DNA of 64,000 bases from Thermoplasmata archaeon (GTDB lineage Archaea > Thermoplasmatota > Thermoplasmata > GCA-020350865). How positions within the stretch are numbered: position 1 is the first letter of the stretch; each line of letters starts with the position of its first letter. Below, piece after piece: positions 54,979-64,000 of the stretch. The DNA is taken from positions 125,906 to 189,905 of the forward strand of contig CP070751.1 in the NCBI GenBank assembly GCA_020348445.1, in the 5' to 3' direction. Both the position numbers and the translations under genes were made by a program. Under the pieces are notes generated by a model, which saw only the letters and a list, made by a program, of their open reading frames with translations, did no database searches and had not been told where the DNA came from.

Positions 54979-55398
54979 TCATTTGGTTTTCTGTTCTATC
55001 ACTACAAAGGCCTTTGTTTTTGAAAGCGGCCTACATTCCATTATCTTAACCTTCGCACCAGTTCTTGCATTTATACAGGGCGGATTGTGTGCCATATATC
55101 TACCAGTTCGCAATTCATATCGTTCATATTTTGGTATATACCTTCTATAATTCTTCTCTACAATGACCGTTCTTTGCATTTTATCTGAAATAACTTCACC
55201 TTCTATCATCTGTCCTCTTACAGACAGGGTACCGTGAAATGGACAGTTTCTATCGTCGCAACGCTTCTTGGGAACGATTATGTCAACTCCGATATCACGA
55301 TAGCCCTTTGCTTTGACCTTTTCCTTGTCCTTTTTCGGTTTCTTGACCATTTTGGTCCTCTTTGTGGTCTTTTTCTTTTTCTCGCTGTCTGCGACCAT
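54979..55398 (-). CDS. rps17: 30S ribosomal protein S17 (uS17) with a Lys-rich N-terminal extension
   Basis: DIGVDI..P...[30 protein letters not shown]. Confidence 0.96.
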   Translation of the reverse strand: MVADSEKKKKTTKRTKMVKKPKKDKEKVKAKGYRDIGVDIIVPKKRCDDRNCPFHGTLSVRGQMIEGEVISDKMQRTVIVEKNYRRYIPKYERYELRTGRYMAHNPPCINARTGAKVKIMECRPLSKTKAFVVIEQKTK

Positions 55399-55401
55399 TT
55401 A

Positions 55402-55683
55402 CTACACCGCCCTTTTTTTAATCTTTTTAATTCTGTCCTCAGGTCGAAATCTCAGCTTTGAAGCATCCACTGCAACCTCGTCGCAACCGATTTTCATGGA
55501 TAATACGGTGCCATATTTTTGTATGGTTTTTTCTGTATCAGCTGTTTTTAGCTTAAACGTGTTTTTGGTTTCATCTACGATTGTACCCGATAATCCGATG
55601 CATCCTTTATCTGAAGAATCGATAATCTGGGCGTAAAGACCTATGAATTCGTGTTTGTGAATGTTATGTTTTGTTATACTCAT
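55402..55683 (-). CDS. rnp1: Ribonuclease P protein component 1 (Rpp29/POP4)
   Basis: [29 protein letters not shown], conserved position between SUI1 and uS17. Confidence 0.93.
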   Translation of the reverse strand: MSITKHNIHKHEFIGLYAQIIDSSDKGCIGLSGTIVDETKNTFKLKTADTEKTIQKYGTVLSMKIGCDEVAVDASKLRFRPEDRIKKIKKRAV

Positions 55684-55979
55684 CTCATCTCCACCAGAAA
55701 ACCCATCTCATTCAAAACCTGTTCAACTTTCTTCTTATGAGCTCCTTGTAGCTCGATCTTACCGTCCTTTACCGTTCCTCCTGCTGCACACCTGGTCTTT
55801 AGGGTTCTTGCCAATTCATCTAAATCGATATCGCTTGAATCTATACCTTCTATTATCGTTACGATTTTGCCGTAACGTCTCTTCATCGAGTAAATCTTGA
55901 TTTGCTGTTGCTCTCTTGCGATTTCTTCGCACATGCACAATTCTTCAGGCAGACCGCATATTGGGCATATTCCGGCCAT
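55680..55979 (-). CDS. sui1: Translation initiation factor SUI1 (aIF1)
   Basis: [52 protein letters not shown]. Confidence 0.95.
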   Translation of the reverse strand: MAGICPICGLPEELCMCEEIAREQQQIKIYSMKRRYGKIVTIIEGIDSSDIDLDELARTLKTRCAAGGTVKDGKIELQGAHKKKVEQVLNEMGFLVEMR

Positions 55980-56179
55980 TATTCTTCTTCCTCCCTCATT
56001 ATTGTGAGCATTCGAGCCACATTGGTCCTAAGGGCTCTGATCTTACCTGGATTGGGTGGAGCGCCTCCCATTGCAGCTACTCCTCTCTCATGCATAAGTT
56101 CATTTCTGAGTTCCTTGAGTTTAGCTGCCCTTTCTCCCTGGCTCATCTCTCTAATTTCCTTACTTCTTAACAGGCTCAT
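55979..56179 (-). CDS. rpl29: 50S ribosomal protein L29 (uL29)
   Basis: [30 protein letters not shown]. Confidence 0.95.
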   Translation of the reverse strand: MSLLRSKEIREMSQGERAAKLKELRNELMHERGVAAMGGAPPNPGKIRALRTNVARMLTIMREEEE

Positions 56180-57047
56180 TGCTCTTCACTTCCTCTTTTT
56201 CTTCTTTTTCACTTTCTTTCTTTGCTTCTTCCTTTTCTTCCTCAGGTAAATCCTCTTGGGTTTCTTCTGAAACCTCCAGCTCCACCAGTTCCTCTTCTGA
56301 CAATTTGTGTTTTGTCTTCTCCTTCTTCAGTTTCTTTTCCAATTTCTTTTTGTCAATGTGGGGTTTTTTCTCCGTTTTTTCTTCTTTTTTTGGCTCTGTT
56401 TTTACCTTCTCTTCTTTCTTAACCTCAGGCTTTTCTTCCTCCACCACCTCTTCCATAACCACGATTTCCACATCGTCGGGAAGTTTGGCATCAGGATCCA
56501 TTATTTGAACTTTAACACCGATTACTCCCAATTTCCTTTTTGCAACGGCAAAGCCTTCGTGCATCCATTGGATCGCGGGCTCGCCACAGAATTTTATGTG
56601 GCCTTCCTTGAACTTCTCGACCCGATGCCTTTGGCCTGTGAGCTTTCCGGATATGACTATCTGACACCCTTTGGCACCGGCATCCATGATTCTTCGAACC
56701 GTTGAATGCCCTGCTCTTCTAAAATGCCAGCCTCTCTCAAGCGCTGAAGCGAGCTTCTCAGCCATAATCTGCGCGTTTAAACTGGGATTGCTCACTTCCT
56801 GAACCTCTATCTTAGGATTATCGAAGTTAAAATCTCTTTCCACTGAGCCCTCTAAAAACTTAATAGAGCCGCCCTTTCTCCCAATAACCAACCCCGGTCT
56901 TTCAATTGTAAGAGTAACCCTTGTACCCATTGGGGTGCGCTGTATATCTAAACCTCCGAAGCCTGCCCTTTTTGTTTCCTTCATCAGGTATTCTTTAAGA
57001 AGGTATCTTCTGATATTCTCCATAACGAACTTGCGCTCGGAGGTCAT
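56160..57047 (-). CDS. rps3: 30S ribosomal protein S3 (uS3) with a K/E-rich C-terminal extension
   Basis: RAGFGGLDIQRTPMGT, RPGLVIGRKG, LERGWHFRRAG, GAKGCQIVISGKL. Confidence 0.97.
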   Translation of the reverse strand: MTSERKFVMENIRRYLLKEYLMKETKRAGFGGLDIQRTPMGTRVTLTIERPGLVIGRKGGSIKFLEGSVERDFNFDNPKIEVQEVSNPSLNAQIMAEKLASALERGWHFRRAGHSTVRRIMDAGAKGCQIVISGKLTGQRHRVEKFKEGHIKFCGEPAIQWMHEGFAVAKRKLGVIGVKVQIMDPDAKLPDDVEIVVMEEVVEEEKPEVKKEEKVKTEPKKEEKTEKKPHIDKKKLEKKLKKEKTKHKLSEEELVELEVSEETQEDLPEEEKEEAKKESEKEEKEEVKSNEPVKK

Positions 57048-57505
57048 TCTCCAACCACCTCCAACACAACCTCAATATTGGCTGTCTCATGGTTAAAAGG
57101 TGTTGACCTGCCGTGTGCCCGAGGAGTAAAGCCTTCAACTGTCATACCTCTGTTTGATGATATATGAATTATCTTCATGTTATCCGAATCCAGACCTTTG
57201 TATTCTGCATTATGCTGTGCATGCCTTATAACATCCAGAATTGCCTTGGCCGTCTTCTTTGGATATCTCCCTGGACCGAACTTTTTACCCTTTCTATGTC
57301 CAACTTGCTTGTTGAACCTATGATACCTTACAGGGCGTTTTAAGGCGATGATGTCCTCGAGGTAATGAACCGCATCCTCCACCATCATGCCCTTTACCTC
57401 CCTGCAAACCTCAACTGATGCCTTTGGAGATATTTTCAGCTCTCGACCAATGGCCTTGGCAGTCCCTTCTGGATCTGCTTTGATGCTATAACCTAATTTT
57501 CTCAT
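57044..57505 (-). CDS. rpl22: 50S ribosomal protein L22 (uL22)
   Basis: ISPKASVEVC, GRYPKK, NAEYKGLD, PRAHGRSTP. Confidence 0.97.
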   Translation of the reverse strand: MRKLGYSIKADPEGTAKAIGRELKISPKASVEVCREVKGMMVEDAVHYLEDIIALKRPVRYHRFNKQVGHRKGKKFGPGRYPKKTAKAILDVIRHAQHNAEYKGLDSDNMKIIHISSNRGMTVEGFTPRAHGRSTPFNHETANIEVVLEVVGE

Positions 57506-57582
57506 TGATACACCTTTTTATGCATTCGTTGGGAACCGAGTATTCATATTCAAATTCCATGGCAACTTACACCTCTTGATTC

Positions 57583-58038
57583 TCATTTCAATGGCATGTA
57601 CTTCGAAGAACGTGTGGCACCGACCCCAGGGCCCGAGTGTTTCTCGAACCTCCTGGTGAGGGCGAACTCGCCTAAATAGTGACCTATCATCTCAGGGATG
57701 ACCTCGATGACCTTGAACTCCTTGCCATCATGCACAGCGACCTTCTTTCCGACGAAATCAGGCAAAACTACTATGTCCCTTTGATGGGTCCGAAGAATAT
57801 CCTTTTTGTTGCTTCTCAATCTCTCAATGAACCTCTGTTGCTCACGATTTAGCCCCCGTTTGAATGAGCGTCTTGCCCTGGCAGGTAAAAGCGGTATCAA
57901 TTCAGGGAGAGTCATTGCTTGTAGTTCTTCTAATGTATATCCTCTGTATGTGAACTCTCTTTTCCTTCTCGCCCCGATCTTCCCGGCTCTCTTTCTCGCC
58001 TTTCTTCTGGCAGCTTTACTTGCTGGTGCCTTCACCAT
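57583..58038 (-). CDS. rps19: 30S ribosomal protein S19 (uS19)
   Basis: EFTYRGYTLEEL, RTHQRDIVVLP, EMIGHYLGEFALTR, HSGPGVGATRSSK. Confidence 0.97.
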   Translation of the reverse strand: MVKAPASKAARRKARKRAGKIGARRKREFTYRGYTLEELQAMTLPELIPLLPARARRSFKRGLNREQQRFIERLRSNKKDILRTHQRDIVVLPDFVGKKVAVHDGKEFKVIEVIPEMIGHYLGEFALTRRFEKHSGPGVGATRSSKYMPLK

Positions 58039-58045
58039 GATCTTT

Positions 58046-58753
58046 TCACCTCTTTTTCTTCTTCCTTCCTTTTCTAGAGGACAACCTGCCTACCTTTTTC
58101 CCAGGCGGAGCGTTTTTCGAAACAGTGCTTGGTCTTCCCACATGAGGATGGCCTCCTCCGCCATGGGGATGATTGACAGGATTCATAGAAACGCCCTTCA
58201 CAATTGGAAAGCGCTTCGGTTTGCTTCGATAAATGTTATATTTCTTACCAGCCTTGGCCAAGGGTTTTTCCTTGTGACCGCCACCGGCAACGATTCCTAT
58301 ACTCGCTCTACATTTTGGATTGAGTGTTTTAAATCTGCCTGAAGGGAGTTGAATAACTGTTTTACTTCCTTGGCTCACTACCAAGGCGCTTGTTCCCGCA
58401 GCTCTAACCAATTTTCCCCCGTCGCCAGGTTTCAGCTCTATGTTATGTATCATGGTCCCCTCTGGAATCCGTTCTAAGGGTAGAATATTGCCAACTTTCA
58501 ATGTGGCCTCTGATCCAACCTCGATTTTCTGATCCTCAGAAAGGTCCAGTGGAGCTATGATCATTCCTTTTTGGTTGTCGTCGTATTTTACCTTCGCAAC
58601 AGGGGCTGTTCGTGCTGGATCATGGGCTATAGTCTCTACTTTCCCGCTTCCGCTTTTCAACTTCGGATGAGAGGCCTTCCCTTTATACTTGTGACTTGGA
58701 GAGGAATATATTCCCCCTTTCCCTTTTCTTTGAGCTCTTATTCGCTTTCCCAT
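58046..58753 (-). CDS. rpl2: 50S ribosomal protein L2 (uL2)
   Basis: MGKRIRAQRKG, HDPARTAP, PGDGGKLVRAAG, MNPVNHPHGGG. Confidence 0.98.
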   Translation of the reverse strand: MGKRIRAQRKGKGGIYSSPSHKYKGKASHPKLKSGSGKVETIAHDPARTAPVAKVKYDDNQKGMIIAPLDLSEDQKIEVGSEATLKVGNILPLERIPEGTMIHNIELKPGDGGKLVRAAGTSALVVSQGSKTVIQLPSGRFKTLNPKCRASIGIVAGGGHKEKPLAKAGKKYNIYRSKPKRFPIVKGVSMNPVNHPHGGGGHPHVGRPSTVSKNAPPGKKVGRLSSRKGRKKKKR

Positions 58754-58781
58754 TTCAATCACATCGAATTTCTTTCACACA

Positions 58782-59036
58782 TTAGAATATCCCTATTCTC
58801 ATGCCTACATCTTCTGCTGAGTAGTCACCGGTGAGCTTTATCACCGCTCTTTTCCCATGTCTGGTATTTTTAGTTTTTATACTCTCAACTTTCACCTCGA
58901 ACAGCTCCTCGAATGCAGCTTTTATCTCCTTTTTTGTGGCACCTTTTCTCACCACGAATTCAAGTTTATTCTCGTCCTCCATCTGGAACATGGTTTTTTC
59001 GGTAACATACGGGTGAAATAGTACCTTGTGCGGCAT
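58782..59036 (-). CDS. rpl23: 50S ribosomal protein L23 (uL23)
   Basis: HPYVTEK, NKLEFVV, A.DVGMRIGIF. Confidence 0.96.
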   Translation of the reverse strand: MPHKVLFHPYVTEKTMFQMEDENKLEFVVRKGATKKEIKAAFEELFEVKVESIKTKNTRHGKRAVIKLTGDYSAEDVGMRIGIF

Positions 59037-59037
59037 T

Positions 59038-59976
59038 CTACCACCTCGAAAGTTCCTTCAATGCGTCCTCGGTGAAGACCGCAAGACGGCCCGGCATTCC
59101 GCCTGGTGCTAAAAGTTCGATGGAAAGATGATCAGGTGTCGTCACATCCACACCCACCAGGTTGCCAAAGCCTCTTTTAGCCCTCTTTTGATCTGTGACA
59201 ACCAAAAGCAAGCTTTTTGGCCTGCGATATCTCCTTCCCCTCATTTTGCCTCTCCCTGACCTTATATGGGTGCCGCTTTTCGCCCGTTCTATGTCATCCA
59301 TTACTCCCAGTTTTTCCAATGTGCTTATGGCCTCTTTTGTTGTCTTGATTTTCTCAATGGAATTCTCCACGATAATAGGTAATGTAATGGATTCATCAAA
59401 TCTGTGACCTCTTTGGGCCACCAATGTAGTCTCCTTGGTGGCGCTCAATGCAGACCTTGTGGCAAGTCCCCTCTCCTTCTTATTGATCTTTTTAGACCAG
59501 TTTTTTATGGGTCTTGGCGGATGCGCCCTTCTCCCTCCTATATTACCAGGGGATTCAACTGCTGTCCTACCCTGGGATAGTCTCTGAACCCTGGCAACTC
59601 CTCTTCCCTTCCCCCATGTGGACACTGAGTGCATCATACCCGCCGTTGAGGTGGGGCCGTAGGGCTGGCGTCTGTTTGCCTGGGCAGCCACCACTGCCCT
59701 TTTAATAATATCGTTTCTGACATCTTGGAAGAACACCTTTGGCAGGTCTATCTTACGCTTTGCCTTGCCCTCTATAGAGTAAAGATTCACCTTCTCCACC
59801 TTCCTCAGTTTGGGCTTTCCCTTCTTCTTGGTGGGGGGGAGCTTCTTGGGCTTTTTCTTTGGTATTTTCTTGACAGTAGGGCTCTTTTTTGGTTTTTCCT
59901 TCTCCTCCTTTGTTACTGTTTTTGGAGCCTCGGTCTTTTTCACCTTCTTGGTTTCTTCTTTCTCTTTCTCAGCCAT
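59038..59976 (-). CDS. rpl4: 50S ribosomal protein L4 (uL4) with a Lys-rich N-terminal extension
   Basis: NRRQPYG, WGKGRGVARVQR, GGRRAHPP, GRGKMRGRRY, LAPGGMPGRL. Confidence 0.97.
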   Translation of the reverse strand: MAEKEKEETKKVKKTEAPKTVTKEEKEKPKKSPTVKKIPKKKPKKLPPTKKKGKPKLRKVEKVNLYSIEGKAKRKIDLPKVFFQDVRNDIIKRAVVAAQANRRQPYGPTSTAGMMHSVSTWGKGRGVARVQRLSQGRTAVESPGNIGGRRAHPPRPIKNWSKKINKKERGLATRSALSATKETTLVAQRGHRFDESITLPIIVENSIEKIKTTKEAISTLEKLGVMDDIERAKSGTHIRSGRGKMRGRRYRRPKSLLLVVTDQKRAKRGFGNLVGVDVTTPDHLSIELLAPGGMPGRLAVFTEDALKELSRW

Positions 59977-59991
59977 CTCCTTTACCTTCCG

Positions 59992-60990
59992 TTATGCACC
60001 TTGCTTTGATTCGGTGGATATATAGGTTATCTCGGGTTTTTCCACCTTAGAACCGTGAAATCTTGTAGCGTCTCGAAGACGAACCAGTCTTTTGGCAGGT
60101 CCTGGTATCGAGCCGTGAACCACCATGTATTCGTTTCTCACTGACCCGTATCTAATAAATCCTCCATTAGGGGTTATCTCCTCGCCTTTTTCTCCGATCT
60201 TTAAAACCCGTTTGTTGTATTCTGTTCTTTGATGGTAACCCATCTGGCCAGCCTGGGGAACATTTGGACCGACGTAATGAGGATTCCATGGCCCCAATGT
60301 ACCGATCATCCTTCTGTGCTTGCGGTTCTTGCGGGTGAGAAGTTTTACTCCCCATCGCTGCACATGCCCCTGAAAACCTTTGCCCTTGGTTATGGATGCT
60401 ACATCCAGCATCTCGCCTTCATCTGTGAATTCCTTGATTTTGAGGTCCTTACCGAGCTTACCTCTGGCATATCTGAGCCTTTCCTCAATGGTTCCACCGC
60501 CAACTCTAACCTCCATGAGCTCAGGAGTTTTCTTAGGAACACCGCTTACCTTTTTCGGCTGGGTGTAAATTAGTAGCCTTATATCGTCAATACTCTTTTT
60601 ATCGATCTTTTTCCAGGCCTCTTTTGGGTCGTATTTCTTGGGAATTGGCAGTCTTCTCTCAAGCTCCTTTTCCAATTTGCCAGCCCAAACCTCGCCCATG
60701 GTTTTTAATCCGTATGGAGTGTGTTCATAGAGGCGAACAGCCGCAACCTTCATGGGCGGTACTTCTAAAACAGTAACAGGTACCCTCACCTCTTGTTTAG
60801 CAGTTGTGCTGGTGGGCCTGTAATCGATAATAAAAGCATGGGTCATTCCTGCCTTGTACCCGGCAAAACCCTGTACCTTGGGCTCTCCTTCCCTCTCGGG
60901 CCAGGATTTGAATCTGGGTATCTCACTTTTGGCCCTTTTTCTAGGCGAGTATCCCTTTGAGCCTCTTTTTGGATGGTGTCTATCTGGCAT
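59992..60990 (-). CDS. rpl3: 50S ribosomal protein L3 (uL3)
   Basis: HPKRGSKGYSPRKRA, GFAGYKAGMTH, TKGKGFQG.V.RWG, PQAGQMGYHQRTEYNKR. GGAGGT SD before ATG 60990. Confidence 0.98.
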   Translation of the reverse strand: MPDRHHPKRGSKGYSPRKRAKSEIPRFKSWPEREGEPKVQGFAGYKAGMTHAFIIDYRPTSTTAKQEVRVPVTVLEVPPMKVAAVRLYEHTPYGLKTMGEVWAGKLEKELERRLPIPKKYDPKEAWKKIDKKSIDDIRLLIYTQPKKVSGVPKKTPELMEVRVGGGTIEERLRYARGKLGKDLKIKEFTDEGEMLDVASITKGKGFQGHVQRWGVKLLTRKNRKHRRMIGTLGPWNPHYVGPNVPQAGQMGYHQRTEYNKRVLKIGEKGEEITPNGGFIRYGSVRNEYMVVHGSIPGPAKRLVRLRDATRFHGSKVEKPEITYISTESKQGA

Positions 60991-61022
60991 GTCATACCTC
61001 CAAATTATCATGAGGTTTTTGT

Positions 61023-61275
61023 TTCAGGTAGATGGGATTAACTCCCATACCCCTATATCGAATACAAAAGCGGTCCGCAACAAGGAAACCGCTTTGTTTT
61101 TGCCATCTTAATTCAAGATGATTTGACCGTGACGTTTTGCCGCATCACAAAACAGATGGGGATTGCGAACGCGGATGTGGGACACTTTCCCAAGACGTCT
61201 GGTCGTGTTTTCAAGTTTATGTCTTGAAATGAATGAAAGGGGGGGTTTTACCCCCATCCATTCCTGAAGGTGACG
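61023..61275 (-). ncRNA. Candidate highly structured 5' leader RNA of the rpl3-secY operon
   Basis: Seven local hairpins, nested long-range helices and a closing helix that joins both ends (TTCAGG/CCTGAA). It lies between a TATA box at 61294-61301 and the rpl3 SD. No credible ORF. Confidence 0.65.
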
Positions 61276-61293
61276 CCCACATTGGGGTTTTGG

Positions 61294-61301
61294 TATTAAA
61301 A
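61294..61301 (-). promoter_or_regulatory. TATA box of the ribosomal protein operon
   Basis: Minus strand AAAAC-TTTTTAATA about 25 nt upstream of where the structured leader begins. Confidence 0.55.
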
Positions 61302-61429
61302 AGTTTTGTTTTGTTCTGGATTTTCAGATATTCATCCACATCGGGGACCAAGAAATGAGTAGAAGCTATGTCCCTGTGACTGTATTATCGACAATAATTT
61401 AATATATCTTAATCGGGCATTATAGAATC

Positions 61430-62194
61430 ATGAAAGTGAAAATCCAAATCGTGCTGGTTGTGATCCTGCTTCAAATTATTGTCATGACAAATGCAGGATG
61501 CTTTGATTCGGAATCTAAACCCGCTGTTCTAGGAGACTACGCAAAGCACTATCTTCAGGATTCAAAATATCCTAAATTACTGATAGAAATCGATTACGTT
61601 CAAGGAAATTCACCTTCTAACCAGGCCATAAACATTTTAGAAGATAAAATAAACAAACATTGCGATAAACAGCAGATATTGATTGACAAGGATTCCTTTT
61701 CCTCATCAAAATCCACATACTCTGATGAAGATATCAGAGAACTCGAAGATGAGCACAGGGACAACTTCAATGGCAATGAAATCATAGTCGCTTATATTCT
61801 TTATGTGAATGGAAGATATTCAGAGAATGAAGACGTTCTTGGCATAGCATACGGCCCATCCTCTATTGTCATCTTCATAGAGCAGATCAATGGTATCAAT
61901 ATCCCCTGGTGGGCCACTACCTTCATCGACCATACAGATTATGAGAAATCGGTTTTGGTACACGAATTCGGCCATCTCTTGGCCATGGTAAACATAGGAT
62001 ATCAAAGTGAAAGAGCCCATGAAAGTGCAAGCCCCTATGAGAACCACTGTATCCACGAGGATTGTGTCATGTATCATTCCATTGAGACCGTATCAATCGT
62101 AAATCTGATAAGCCGGGATGATCCTATTCCGCCGTATGATTTTTACCATGATTGCGAGGATGATTTGAAGAAGTTAAAAAGCGGGGATTATTGA
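61430..62194 (+). CDS. Zinc-dependent metalloprotease-like lipoprotein
   Basis: Signal peptide ending in a lipobox-like NAGC; HEFGHLLAMVN (HExxH); HCIHEDCVMYHS (third ligand region and Met-turn-like motif). Confidence 0.78.
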   Translation: MKVKIQIVLVVILLQIIVMTNAGCFDSESKPAVLGDYAKHYLQDSKYPKLLIEIDYVQGNSPSNQAINILEDKINKHCDKQQILIDKDSFSSSKSTYSDEDIRELEDEHRDNFNGNEIIVAYILYVNGRYSENEDVLGIAYGPSSIVIFIEQINGINIPWWATTFIDHTDYEKSVLVHEFGHLLAMVNIGYQSERAHESASPYENHCIHEDCVMYHSIETVSIVNLISRDDPIPPYDFYHDCEDDLKKLKSGDY

Positions 62195-62209
62195 GCTCTT
62201 TTTGCTTTT

Positions 62210-62908
62210 TTAGGTATCGTACGATATTTCGTATGATATGTTTACCTCATCTGCTTTCTTTGGTTTTTCCTCCCTCAATTCACTTAATCTGATCACCTCG
62301 ACATCTGATGGCTCCAGAAGTCTTCTTATCCCCTCCACATGGCCGTCTCCAACCACAGCCACGATGTTTTCGTGCTCCTCGTTGATTTTCTTTATGGATT
62401 TGGCCATATGGATGTTCCTATCATCTATTAAAACGCGCTTTGCCGCTGGAAACTCCTTGCCAAAACTTTCGATATAGTACTCATTGTTCTCCTCGAAGCG
62501 TTTGAGCTCCTTTTCTATCCTCTTCTTTCTAATGAATACGCTGGTTAAAAGGGCGATGATGAACTTCATTCTCTCTGAAAATGACATGGATCTCCAGAAA
62601 TTCGAAAAAATCCTAGACGCATCCATATCTATGAAAGCCAATTTTGCATTGAGCAGTTTCGCGGTTTCTATGGCAGTGAGCATCTCGCTCCCCACCTGAG
62701 TGCCGTACTTTTTTGCTATATTCTCCTGCATTCCCGCAAGCATTTTATACACAATGGGTGAGTCTCTACTTGGACCTTTCGAATATAAAGCATTGTACCT
62801 TGCAGGATCCAGCTCAACACAAACCACCTGCGGATTGCGCTCTATGATCGCGTTCTCGAGGCTCTTGCTTATGTCGAATACATGGGCTACTCCTATTAAA
62901 GTGATCAT
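62210..62908 (-). CDS. TraB/PrgY/GumN-family protein
   Basis: ITLIGVAHV, VCVELDPAR, GSEMLTAI, LIDDRNIHMA, VAVVGDGHVEGI. Confidence 0.88.
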   Translation of the reverse strand: MITLIGVAHVFDISKSLENAIIERNPQVVCVELDPARYNALYSKGPSRDSPIVYKMLAGMQENIAKKYGTQVGSEMLTAIETAKLLNAKLAFIDMDASRIFSNFWRSMSFSERMKFIIALLTSVFIRKKRIEKELKRFEENNEYYIESFGKEFPAAKRVLIDDRNIHMAKSIKKINEEHENIVAVVGDGHVEGIRRLLEPSDVEVIRLSELREEKPKKADEVNISYEISYDT

Positions 62909-63016
62909 TGGAAAATATATATGCTAGAAGGAAATTTAAATGTTGTGGAAAAAATATCTTTTGTGTATATAAGGATAAATAATTGATACAGATTTGGAAC
63001 ACTATATTTTTATTGT

Positions 63017-64000
63017 TTATATTGGAATATCCCAAACCTTTGTGACCTTGGAGTGAATATAGTATCCTCTTCCGACCTCGAAATAATCAAACGGACCCAT
63101 TCTCTCCCACCTCTGTTGCGCGGAATTATAGGTCCAGATTGCATCCACCTCATTGGGAAAATCGATATTGTTCAAAGCTGAGGTTCTGTCCCTATTGTTC
63201 TGTGAGGGATAGCCAACCATGTTCCAACCTGGGTGAAGAGTAATGCTCTGATTCTCGGTTAGCCGAGTGCCATTATAGAAGAATATCGTATCTCCAGGTT
63301 GAGTGATATGAATCCAAAAGCCCATGGTCTCGTTTAACTCGCTCAGATCGTTTCCATAGGGTTTACCTACTTTATAGTGCTTCCAGGGATCTTTTTCGTC
63401 TGTGATATTATACCATTGGACAGCATCATACAAGCCATCAATGGATTCCAATACTTTTATGAGGTTTTGCTCCTCTAGAATAAGAGGAATGGAAATTAAG
63501 TTCCAGCCCTGCTTTAAAATCATAAAATTCTTGTTGGGATCGATAAGAGGGTAATTATCCCGGGAATCCGAATCGATTACATAAGGATTCTTACCTCCAC
63601 CTCCAATGGTCCCGTTATCAACTATGCCATCGCTACCTCCTATATCCTGACCTTCTCCATTGTACTCATCATATGCTCCTTCACTTGACTCATCAAAATC
63701 AGACCAGTAATTGCCACCTGACGGATAGCCATCATCCCATCGGTTCCCATTATTGGTGCCATCGTAAGCTTGATTTGTATTGTTTATGATATTGTTATGG
63801 TAAATACTGTTATTTGACGAGTTGTTTAAATATATACCGTAGTTGCCGTTCGAGAAGACGGTATTACCTATAATGCCATTCCAGTCGGACGAAGAGAGTA
63901 AGCGGATGCCATCATGATTGTTTAAAGAAACGTTGTTGCCTGATATTTTATTGTCGTCTGATGATGAGGATACATTTATACCTTCTAAATTGTCTGAAAT
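63017..64000 (-). CDS. NosD/CASH-type parallel beta-helix secreted protein with a duplicated GWN-P C-terminal module (5'-partial)
   Basis: The frame is open to the right edge: ISDNLEGINVSSSSDDNKISGNN...GIYLNNSSNNSIYHNNI...GGNYWSDF...DNYPL, then GWNLISIPL and GWNMVGYP repeats. The ORF track shows only the part from 63523. Confidence 0.87.
   Translation of the reverse strand: MSDNLEGINVSSSSDDNKISGNNVSLNNHDGIRLLSSSDWNGIIGNTVFSNGNYGIYLNNSSNNSIYHNNIINNTNQAYDGTNNGNRWDDGYPSGGNYWSDFDESSEGAYDEYNGEGQDIGGSDGIVDNGTIGGGGKNPYVIDSDSRDNYPLIDPNKNFMILKQGWNLISIPLILEEQNLIKVLESIDGLYDAVQWYNITDEKDPWKHYKVGKPYGNDLSELNETMGFWIHITQPGDTIFFYNGTRLTENQSITLHPGWNMVGYPSQNNRDRTSALNNIDFPNEVDAIWTYNSAQQRWERMGPFDYFEVGRGYYIHSKVTKVWDIPI

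Noticed and set aside
61023-61275. Structured region as RNase P RNA or SRP RNA
   Set aside because: Partial look-alikes (GGGAAAGTGTCCCAC and AAAACAGATGGGG) lie on opposite strands and in the wrong order. No SRP helix 8 motif was found.

Overview
Archaeal chromosomal segment, probably Thermoplasmatota. The taxon is inferred from gene content and style (archaeal rpl3-secY operon with eS4/eL19/eL32/SUI1/Rnp1, aRF1, Sec61beta, GGTGA/GGAGG Shine-Dalgarno sites, TTTATA boxes), not from a database search. Housekeeping content: argS, prf1, pyrH, mtnA, an SDR reductase, a PUA protein, sepF, an M18 aminopeptidase, secG and a complete 25-gene rpl3-secY operon on the minus strand (46.4-61.0 kb). Accessory content is mostly cell-surface genes: a beta-helix/PKD giant (left edge), two pilin-like genes, a tandem array of six zinc-ribbon membrane proteins followed by a KaiC-like ATPase, a wHTH regulator and a clostripain-like protease, three giant secreted proteins with a shared C-terminal module, an Asp-box propeller protein and a NosD-type protein (right edge). 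Two tRNA genes are present: initiator Met(CAT) with a 50-nt non-canonical D-loop intron, and Glu(CTC) with a 20-nt canonical intron. The most unusual signal is non-coding. Both tRNAs are followed by the same kind of small element: variable palindromic arms, an invariant 29-nt spacer TTA...TTCTTAAG that gives a hairpin with one extrahelical G, and a fused copy of the local tRNA 3' end. A roughly 250-nt highly structured leader precedes rpl3. No CRISPR array, integrase, transposase, reverse transcriptase or rRNA was recognised. Start codons were moved from the ORF track where an SD site or family N-terminus supported a better start. All domain calls come from motif recognition by eye.
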